Program-made: the position numbers and the translations under genes
Shown: positions 56,782-64,000 of the stretch, piece after piece
How positions within the stretch are numbered: position 1 is the stretch's first letter
Layout: each line of letters begins with the position of its first letter
The notes under the pieces: model-generated
Told to the model about the DNA's origin: nothing
Seen by the model: only the letters and a program-made list of their open reading frames with translations
The model's database searches: none
IMG/VR virus record: IMGVR_UViG_3300050821_018098
Length of the DNA: 64,000 bases
From: a virus
Taxonomy: Duplodnaviria; Heunggongvirae; Uroviricota; Caudoviricetes
Strand: one strand, 5' to 3'

Positions 56782-57783
56782 ATGAAATGTAATCTTGTTG
56801 TAGATACCAACTTCCTTCTTAATAGAAATGCTTTTGCTTTAGATAAAGAAAAAACTTTGTATGGTGATTTATTAAAGAGTCTTATAACTACCATAGAACT
56901 GTATGAAAGACAGTACCATTATAAAAATGTATTTATAGTATGTGATGCGAAAACATCCTGGAGAAAAATGATTTATGCTGATTATAAAGGTACCAGAAAA
57001 AAAGATGAAAATATGGATTGGGAATTTATTTTCAATACATATGAACAATTTAAACAAGAGATAAAAGAGTCTGGTCGTTATATTTTATTGGAAGGTGATC
57101 ACCTTGAAGGTGATGATTGGGTTTCATATATCGTAAAAGAAAGTAATAAACAAAATGAAAGTTGTGTCATTATAGCATCCGATGTTGACTTAAATCAGAC
57201 TCTTGCAATGAGTCTTAGTCCATTATGGATAAATGTACAGGTGAAAGATATTTTTAAACATGAGAAAGTTTTCTTTCCTGAAAATTATCGATTGTTTATA
57301 AGTAAATTAAAACAAGAAAAAAACAGTCTTTTTAAATTGAATGAAGCACCTATATTCCATCAATTTCTTAATGAGTTAACTAACCGTAGAAAAATAGAAG
57401 AGACATCACCACAAGCTGTAATATTTAAAAAATTGATATCTGGTGATACTGGAGATAATATAAAATCAATAATATTTTCAAGGAATATAAACCCTAAAAC
57501 AGGTAAAGAAACTATTAGAGGTATCGGTGATAAAGGTGCAGAAAAGATTTATGCCGAATACATGAATACTTATCCTGAACTCATAGATTTCACTTCTAAA
57601 ATATTTGCTAAGAGGATAATAGCTATGGTTAAGAAATTTAAGAAAGATACAACAACAGATAATAATATTATTCTCGAAAGATTATTTTTAAATCTTAGAT
57701 TAGTTCATCTGGATACCAGATATATGCCGGAAAATACTAAATTTATTTTAACAGAGAAATATAATCAAACAAGAAAAGTTTAA
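56782..57783 (+). CDS. rnh: 5'-3' exonuclease / flap endonuclease (T4 RNase H / FEN family)
   Basis: VCDAKTSWRKMIYADYKGTRKK (D...R...YKxxR), GDHLEGDDWVSYIV (ExDD), helix-hairpin-helix IRGIGDKGAEKIY. Confidence 0.7.
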   Translation: MKCNLVVDTNFLLNRNAFALDKEKTLYGDLLKSLITTIELYERQYHYKNVFIVCDAKTSWRKMIYADYKGTRKKDENMDWEFIFNTYEQFKQEIKESGRYILLEGDHLEGDDWVSYIVKESNKQNESCVIIASDVDLNQTLAMSLSPLWINVQVKDIFKHEKVFFPENYRLFISKLKQEKNSLFKLNEAPIFHQFLNELTNRRKIEETSPQAVIFKKLISGDTGDNIKSIIFSRNINPKTGKETIRGIGDKGAEKIYAEYMNTYPELIDFTSKIFAKRIIAMVKKFKKDTTTDNNIILERLFLNLRLVHLDTRYMPENTKFILTEKYNQTRKV

Positions 57784-57939
57784 CCAAATATATAAGAAAA
57801 TCAATTATTGTATGAAAAACAATTATGTAAAAAAGTTAAAAGTTATCCAAATTGTGCACCCAGGCTATTGATTCATATTTTCCTTTTTTAATTTCTGTCA
57901 TAGAATTGGTGAGATTTTGTTTATTAAATATATAGATAT

Positions 57940-58170
57940 ATGAATGGTATTAAAACATTAGAACAACTTCAAATGATAACTGAACTTTTATCATTTGAAG
58001 CAAATTTAAAAGTAAATTATAGAAATTACTTCCAACTGCTTAGAGAAACTTTACAAAACTGTCGTAAGTTTTCTGAAGATGAAAATCTTAATAGTAATGA
58101 TAAAATTCAAAAAATTCTAGCAGATTTAAATGATTTGAACCGACTTTTACCTGATATTGTAAAAGTCTAA
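57940..58170 (+). CDS. small hypothetical protein
   Basis: 76-aa ORF. Confidence 0.25.
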   Translation: MNGIKTLEQLQMITELLSFEANLKVNYRNYFQLLRETLQNCRKFSEDENLNSNDKIQKILADLNDLNRLLPDIVKV

Positions 58171-58384
58171 ATAATATTACTATTGCCGGACGGAAATAAA
58201 TAATTGTCAAAGTAAAAGTTTATTTATTTCAAACTAGTTGTATGATAAGCATTACATTCATTACACCAATACAAACGCTTTTCTGTTCTGTTAAAATTGG
58301 TTTGTGTGGCCTTTTGAGCATTAGCTATAATCATCATAGCTTTTATTTTATCAATTTTCTTTTTTACACATTTCATAAATTATA

Positions 58385-58666
58385 CTAACCTACTATCAGA
58401 GGTAATCTTTTTACTATGGCATGTCCATCGTCAGTTTCACCATCAATATAACTAATTGTTACTGTGGATATTTGTTCTTTACTAACAATTCTATTTGTAG
58501 CCTCATTAAGTACACTATATTTTACTCTTTTTATATGTATAGCTGGTTCATTATCAAGAATCTTACGTAAATCATTTTTTATTTGTGTAATAGAGAAATT
58601 TTCATTAGCAAAATCAATTTCACTAATATAATCTCTAATATATCTTTCTATATCTCTTCCAAACAT
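58385..58666 (-). CDS. hypothetical protein; positional candidate for clamp-loader small subunit (gp62-like)
   Basis: 93-aa ORF immediately downstream of and co-directional with the gp44-like gene, as gene 62 follows gene 44 in T4; no sequence support. Confidence 0.2.
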   Translation of the reverse strand: MFGRDIERYIRDYISEIDFANENFSITQIKNDLRKILDNEPAIHIKRVKYSVLNEATNRIVSKEQISTVTISYIDGETDDGHAIVKRLPLIVG

Positions 58667-58669
58667 ATT

Positions 58670-59638
58670 CTAATTCTTAAATTTTTCTGGTGACATCACC
58701 TTTTGTAGTTTATATATCGTACAATACAATGTGTTGAAAGGATCAAGTGCATATGGTAGACGTATATCGGCAAATTCTGATATAATATCCATAGCACCAG
58801 GTAAATATTTTATTTTATCCGGATGATTTACTTTTATCCAATCAAAAAATCTTTGTGATAACATTTTAAAAGCATCAGTGGCCCTGGAGTTCCAGTTCAT
58901 TTTAACATAATCCCAAGTTTCTATAGTATCAGAAACTTTCATAATAATTTTGAAAAAATCTTCCTCAAGTAATACATGTTCTAATCTTACCAAACCTTCA
59001 CTTTCAACATACAGTTGAATATCCTGCATAGTTTTTCTGAAGTCTGGATAGAAAGATATTATTGATTCCTGTAATACTTCTATGGGCACGTTCCATTTTT
59101 CGGTTTCGTTTAATACTTTTAATCGTTTTAATATTTGCTTACGTACTTCCTGATGTTCTTTGTCATTAACACAATCAAAATTAAGTTTAGTGAAACGACT
59201 ATCAAGAGCTCCTTCAACCTTTCCTATATTATTACAAGTAAAAAGAAATCTTACATCTGAGTATTTTTCGATAAAAGCTTTCATTTCATTTTGTACCTGA
59301 TTTGTAGCATTATCAAACTCATCAATAAATACAATTTTTTTATTATATTTCTTTTTTTCTTTCCCAAAAGAATTTGGTACTGTTTTACAGAATCTTGTAA
59401 TACCAGTCCTTAATTCATCAACACCTATTTTACCATCAATTTTATATTGATAATAGTCATCAGCTATAATTTCAGACACTGTTGTTTTACCTATACCATA
59501 AGTACCATATAGTACCATATTGGTTGTTAAACCCATTTCCAGAGTATTTCTTACTCTGGTTGACATCGCAACATCTTCAATTTTATTTGGTCTATATTTA
59601 ATCCAAAATAGATCTTGTTCGGTTTGTTTTTCTGACAT
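58670..59638 (-). CDS. AAA+ clamp loader subunit (T4 gp44 / RFC-like)
   Basis: WIKYRP (RFC box II), Walker A GTYGIGKTT, Walker B KKIVFIDEFDN, sensor-1 FLFTCNNIGKV, SRC-like ALDSRFTKL. Confidence 0.8.
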   Translation of the reverse strand: MSEKQTEQDLFWIKYRPNKIEDVAMSTRVRNTLEMGLTTNMVLYGTYGIGKTTVSEIIADDYYQYKIDGKIGVDELRTGITRFCKTVPNSFGKEKKKYNKKIVFIDEFDNATNQVQNEMKAFIEKYSDVRFLFTCNNIGKVEGALDSRFTKLNFDCVNDKEHQEVRKQILKRLKVLNETEKWNVPIEVLQESIISFYPDFRKTMQDIQLYVESEGLVRLEHVLLEEDFFKIIMKVSDTIETWDYVKMNWNSRATDAFKMLSQRFFDWIKVNHPDKIKYLPGAMDIISEFADIRLPYALDPFNTLYCTIYKLQKVMSPEKFKN

Positions 59639-59768
59639 TATGATAAATATTTTAGGTACTAATATTTTATAGGATATTAACTCAATAAGTTTTAGTATAC
59701 AAAGATATCATTTTAAAAACATATTTCAATAGATCATAAAAAATATATACCTAAAATGAATATAAATT

Positions 59769-60617
59769 ATGGCACTTTCTACACAACCAACATATGTTAA
59801 TGAAAGTTATAATTATGATGGTCAAATCCTTCGTGATATTACAGTAGGTTTGTTAAAATTTTTAAATGGTCGAATGTATTGGGATAACACATTCGAAACT
59901 GGTATACAAAGAGTAAATGTACCGTTTTATTATGCCTCTAAACCAGATGATAGATATTTGTTAGATGCTTTTTTAGATGATATACCAGGTATAAGACCTG
60001 AAGGTGACTATGAACCAGCACCAAGAGTGTTTATACATCTTCAGAGTATGGATATAAAGAGTAAAGAATTAACAAATCCAAATGTATGGGTAAGATTTAA
60101 TAAAAAAGTTGGTAATCAGTTACAAGCTTTTATGGGTAAAATGCAACCTGTTCCAATCAAATGTAGATATGAATTAAAAGTTCAAGTTGAGAATGAAATA
60201 GAATTATTTAAGTATACCCAAAGATTTATGGATATTATATGGTATTATCATTTCTATTATTTTGAACATAAATTTTTTAGACTTGATGCTGTTATAGATG
60301 CAACAGATTCTCTTCAAGGATCATTTGAAAATGTAATTACACTTGACAGTTCAAATACAATAGAAATAACACATACATTAGATATACATACTTATTATCC
60401 TCATACTCGTATGGATAAACTTATACCAGCTAATAAAAGAGTTAATTTTAAAGCTAATTTATGGGATTTAACTGGTAGTGGTATTAGAATACCTAAAAAT
60501 GATTATGATTTTCTGACACCACCAAAAAATATGGGTGATGATAAAAAGATAGATAACAATAGTAGTATTGATGGTGTTAATGGTTCGCCATCATTCAATG
60601 ATACTATATTTGAATAA
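59769..60617 (+). CDS. hypothetical protein
   Basis: 282-aa ORF, Tyr/Phe-rich. Confidence 0.3.
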   Translation: MALSTQPTYVNESYNYDGQILRDITVGLLKFLNGRMYWDNTFETGIQRVNVPFYYASKPDDRYLLDAFLDDIPGIRPEGDYEPAPRVFIHLQSMDIKSKELTNPNVWVRFNKKVGNQLQAFMGKMQPVPIKCRYELKVQVENEIELFKYTQRFMDIIWYYHFYYFEHKFFRLDAVIDATDSLQGSFENVITLDSSNTIEITHTLDIHTYYPHTRMDKLIPANKRVNFKANLWDLTGSGIRIPKNDYDFLTPPKNMGDDKKIDNNSSIDGVNGSPSFNDTIFE

Positions 60618-60673
60618 AAAGCGAATTTAGTTTTAATATATAATTTTAATACCAAAAAGAATATTCTTAACCT

Positions 60674-62266
60674 ATGGCTAATAACAAAATACAAACTAAA
60701 TTATTTGATCTGTATAAGGAGTCAAAGTTTAGTGCTGATGTCGATAGTATTATCAAACATCACTTAAATTGTTTTCACAACAACTCACAGATAGCTGTTT
60801 ATAATAGCCTTAAGGAGAACCTTAAAAATTATATTTATAGTAAACCTGTAGTTTCTATACTTGAAAAAATTCAAGATGAAATAAATCAAGATGTTGTATA
60901 TTATGAACTTGAAGATTTGTTGAGATTTCTTGAAGATCAAAATCAAGGTATGGTCTTTCGTCCAGTGATGAAAGTAGTTTTGGATGTTATGAATGAAGTA
61001 AACATGGGTGCTCGTCATAAAAAAATAATGAATGAATTGAAATTGTATGATTGGGTAAGACCTATCGCAGAATTCATGTTTAGATATACACAAAACCCAC
61101 TTGATAAACAAAACATTTCTAGTCGTGGTGGTAGAGCTGAACAAGTTTATACTTTTGTAGAAAGTGTTGTTGATGGTCAATTAGTATACATTAAAAATAA
61201 ATGGTTCATGATTAAAGAAGATACAATATTTCCTGTTGTTCTTTTTGATTATGTAAAAGATATTGAAAGACTTCGTAAATTAAATATTATACAAACTTGT
61301 CTGGAGCTTACTCAATTTGATAATGATATTATGAGTTTCCGTATTAATGAAGACCTAACAATAGGTGTATCTATAAAAACAGGTGAACTTTTATTAAATG
61401 GTGAAAAAGCTGAAAGATCTACAACTCTTGAAAGTATATTTAATTCACCACAAATACCTGTTTTAAAAAGAGATTTCTTCTTAATCATTCAAGAATGTAT
61501 AGGTAACAAAAGTCAATTCAAAAATTTAGATATAGCACTTCACATAAGTAATGTTGTAAATCCTAATATTGAAACATATGCTTTTAAATATGAAGGTAAA
61601 TGTTATGCTTATATTTTAGATGGCTTCTCCGGTAGTACATTCTTCCAATATGAATCCGTTTCCACTCTTATAAGAGAAGTTGATATAAAACTCGGTTTTG
61701 ATTTATCGGAATTTTTTAAAGAACAACTAGATGCTCAAAAACAATTGACTAATAAAATTCAAGATACTCAAAAATTAATCTATCAACAAATAGATGAAAT
61801 TAATGAGAATATTGAGAAACTTGAATCTAGTTCTTTATTCGAAAGTAATGAACAAATTAAAAAAGCTCATGCAATGCTTAAAGGTGAAAGAACAGCCTTA
61901 ATAGACAAACTTAAAAAGATAGGTGATAAAGCATCTTCAGAAACAACTATTATTAACTCTGAGGCTGATTTACAACCTTATATCGATGCCCCAACAGATA
62001 CAATAAGTGTAGAGGCCGAAATAAATGAGCCTTCTGTTATGGAAAGTTTGAATGAAAGTTTAGTAGCTGAGAATAGTGTTGGTAAATATACTATCTATGG
62101 TAAGGACTTTGAAATATATGGTATTAAAGAAAATAAAGAGGATGAAGATTTCTTTACATTTGATGTATACTGTGAAGGTAAATTATTAAATAAAGGATTT
62201 ACTTTCTATTCTATACCTTCATCTGATGTTGTAAGAAACATAGCAATAGAAACATATGTAATATAA
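60674..62266 (+). CDS. hypothetical protein, paralog of 52428..53693 with C-terminal extension
   Basis: See paralog blocks listed for 52428..53693. Confidence 0.4.
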   Translation: MANNKIQTKLFDLYKESKFSADVDSIIKHHLNCFHNNSQIAVYNSLKENLKNYIYSKPVVSILEKIQDEINQDVVYYELEDLLRFLEDQNQGMVFRPVMKVVLDVMNEVNMGARHKKIMNELKLYDWVRPIAEFMFRYTQNPLDKQNISSRGGRAEQVYTFVESVVDGQLVYIKNKWFMIKEDTIFPVVLFDYVKDIERLRKLNIIQTCLELTQFDNDIMSFRINEDLTIGVSIKTGELLLNGEKAERSTTLESIFNSPQIPVLKRDFFLIIQECIGNKSQFKNLDIALHISNVVNPNIETYAFKYEGKCYAYILDGFSGSTFFQYESVSTLIREVDIKLGFDLSEFFKEQLDAQKQLTNKIQDTQKLIYQQIDEINENIEKLESSSLFESNEQIKKAHAMLKGERTALIDKLKKIGDKASSETTIINSEADLQPYIDAPTDTISVEAEINEPSVMESLNESLVAENSVGKYTIYGKDFEIYGIKENKEDEDFFTFDVYCEGKLLNKGFTFYSIPSSDVVRNIAIETYVI

Positions 62267-62293
62267 TCATTATGGGAAAATACGTAAAAACTT

Positions 62294-62524
62294 TTGAAAA
62301 ATTTTATTAATGAATTAGAGCATCAACCTTCTATTGAAGAAATAGAAGAATTTGGTGTTTTTAAAAGTGATTCCTGGGTTGATGAGTATGATGAAATGGA
62401 AGACGCTGGTTGTATAGAAATTTATGATTATAAAAACAAACGCTATTATATAGCTGAATGGCAACCAGGATCAGAAAGAGGTTCCATAGGAAAAGAAATT
62501 ATTAAAAAAGAAGACATAGAATAA
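62294..62524 (+). CDS. small acidic hypothetical protein
   Basis: 76-aa ORF followed by strong terminator. Confidence 0.3.
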   Translation: MKNFINELEHQPSIEEIEEFGVFKSDSWVDEYDEMEDAGCIEIYDYKNKRYYIAEWQPGSERGSIGKEIIKKEDIE

Positions 62525-62525
62525 T

Positions 62526-62556
62526 AAAAAAGGCTCCAATTGGAGCCTTTTTTATT
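62526..62556. terminator. bidirectional rho-independent terminator
   Basis: aaaaaa-ggctcc-aatt-ggagcc-tttttt. Confidence 0.8.
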
Positions 62557-63058
62557 AGAGATTAAATATTCCCTCACCATCATTGGATGAGTTAATTGAT
62601 ATTGTTCGGGACTCATTATTAGGATCACCTTTCTTTTTGTTTAATTGATTAAATCCTCTGGCCATACCACGTTTAAAAACTTCAGTGAAGTAAGCAAATG
62701 CATTTGTAGATTTAGCCGGATCAAAATTTTTCCAGTTGCTATACATATCTAAAAGCCCTGTCTGAAGACAATCTTTACGATCATCCGGATTGTAATAATA
62801 TCTTTTCTTTTTAATTACATTATTACCTAAGGTATACAACATTTTTTGTGCTTTATGAGTCAATGCACCTTTACCCTTTGATTCTATAATTTGAGCAAAT
62901 AATTCTTTGTTACTTAAATAATCTTTTTTACTGATAGATTCTTCATCAGTATTTTCTATGATGAAATTATCATGTATAGGATCAATATAAGTGTTTTTTC
63001 CTGATAAAGTACCATTAGCTGGTTTTACTGCTTTTTGTATTTTCTTTGTTTCTGACAT
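62555..63058 (-). CDS. late-transcription sigma factor, T4 gp55-like
   Basis: N-terminus MSETK... and NKELFAQII resemble T4 gp55 [21 protein letters not shown] (recalled from memory); NFDPAKSTNAFAYFTEVFKRGMARGFNQLNKKK parallels gp55 [31 protein letters not shown]. Confidence 0.55.
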   Translation of the reverse strand: MSETKKIQKAVKPANGTLSGKNTYIDPIHDNFIIENTDEESISKKDYLSNKELFAQIIESKGKGALTHKAQKMLYTLGNNVIKKKRYYYNPDDRKDCLQTGLLDMYSNWKNFDPAKSTNAFAYFTEVFKRGMARGFNQLNKKKGDPNNESRTISINSSNDGEGIFNL

Positions 63059-63134
63059 GCATAGGCTTTTATTTTTTAAATGTTCTTAGGTTAGAACAAT
63101 TTTTATATATAAATAAAGCCTAAAAGTTTTAGAA

Positions 63135-63635
63135 ATGGGAATTTATAATGCTGCACCGAATAAAACAGATAAATATAATCAAGGTATTTTCCCTATAAAG
63201 AATTCCAGCAAATATATGGGTAATGAGGAGAAGTGTTTTTATAGAAGTTCCTATGAACTTAAATTCATGGTTTATTGTGACAATAGTCCTAACATTGTTA
63301 AATGGGGTGCTGAGATGATTGCTGTTCCTTATTTTGATTGGGACGGTAAAGAGCATAAATATTATATTGATTTTATTGTCGAAGATATTAAAGGTGAAAA
63401 ATGGTTAATAGAAGTAAAACCTCTTGCTGAATCATTACTAGTATTAAACAACGAAGTTCCACCACCACCAAAAAAAGAGTCTAGTAAGGCTTTAGAGAAT
63501 TATGAATATACATTGAAGCAATGGGCACTAAACAGACATAAGTGGGCACAGGCTAGGCAATACGCAGAAGATAGAGGGTATAAATTTAAAATTGTAACAG
63601 AGGAGACTCTGAATAAAACTGATATTAATATGTAA
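63135..63635 (+). CDS. hypothetical protein with possible PD-(D/E)xK nuclease-like motifs
   Basis: YYIDFIVEDIKGEKWLIEVKP (D...ExK) and QARQY (QxxxY); TATAAATA box about 24 nt upstream; weak. Confidence 0.3.
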   Translation: MGIYNAAPNKTDKYNQGIFPIKNSSKYMGNEEKCFYRSSYELKFMVYCDNSPNIVKWGAEMIAVPYFDWDGKEHKYYIDFIVEDIKGEKWLIEVKPLAESLLVLNNEVPPPPKKESSKALENYEYTLKQWALNRHKWAQARQYAEDRGYKFKIVTEETLNKTDINM

Positions 63636-64000
63636 TGGGATTCCTAGCCGAAGAAGTATTCAAAATAAGAAAGAAGTTTGGTAATATTGCACAATATTCA
63701 ACTAATTGGTTAGAAAAAAATATCAATCGTAGTAGTCCAGAATTCGAAATAATATCACCAAGACAAATAAATGTAGGGCAATTTTATTTTATGATATATG
63801 ATGTGAATAGTGCTATTACAAGGGTTACAAAACAAAAAGCTACTGAAGATACATTAACTAATAAAACATCTAATTTGGAAAATTTCTCAGCTATTTTAGT
63901 TTTACAAAAAACAGATTCTGACACTTTTTGTGCTATAAATTTTAATTTTTTTCCTGCATTAGATCGTATAGAAATAATGGATAATTTTATTGAAGAAAAT

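Noticed and set aside
1-64000. tRNA genes
   Set aside because: I scanned intergenic regions for GTTCGAATC/GTTCAAATC-type T-loops with a flanking 7-bp acceptor stem and found none. The hairpin at 10324..10363 is too short (40 nt) to be a tRNA.

Overview
This window is AT-rich (roughly 28-30% GC) and dense with genes. It reads as part of a large, divergent T4-like myovirus genome from a low-GC host. The host cannot be assigned from sequence alone. Rho-independent hairpin terminators with T-tails point to a bacterial host.

Layout, 5' to 3':
- 58-9684: a late/structural block. It holds a 473-aa beta-rich protein and an 1862-aa tail fiber with about 63-aa tandem repeats. A 769-aa fiber-like protein carrying LamG-like lectin and SGNH/GDSL esterase domains follows, then a 97-aa paralog of its N-terminal domain.
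- 9.9-63.6 kb: a long mosaic of early/middle genes. These include a ClpP-family protease, a canonical NusG, an RNase II/R-family exoribonuclease, a RecB-family PD-(D/E)xK nuclease, glycosyltransferase-like proteins and a DinG/XPD-type Fe-S helicase. Further along are ThyA, an NfeD-flotillin-CNNM membrane operon, a UvsX-like recombinase, a family-1 UDG, a DnaB/gp41-like helicase, a MazG-like protein and class Ia RNR beta. RNR alpha carries a 354-aa LAGLIDADG intein. The block ends with a metallophosphoesterase, guanylate kinase, a T4 RNase H-like 5'-3' exonuclease/FEN, a gp44-like clamp loader and a gp55-like late sigma factor.

Observations worth a second look:
- A three-repeat CRISPR-like mini-array (28940-29104) has no cas genes in the window. 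It sits next to a 406-aa protein with family-A polymerase palm motifs.
- Six otherwise unrelated proteins share an N-terminal leader that resembles the T4 capsid-targeting sequence. They are candidate head-packaged, injected internal proteins.
- The RNR intein has a non-canonical Gly at +1.
- The SPFH/NfeD/CNNM membrane module is unusual for a phage.
- An extremely acidic protein carries a Lys/Pro/Ala-rich basic tail.
- A fiber-tip domain is present in three copies.

Most remaining ORFs are hypothetical. Feature coordinates are taken from the supplied ORF track. Coordinates I derived by counting positions may be off by one or two nt.
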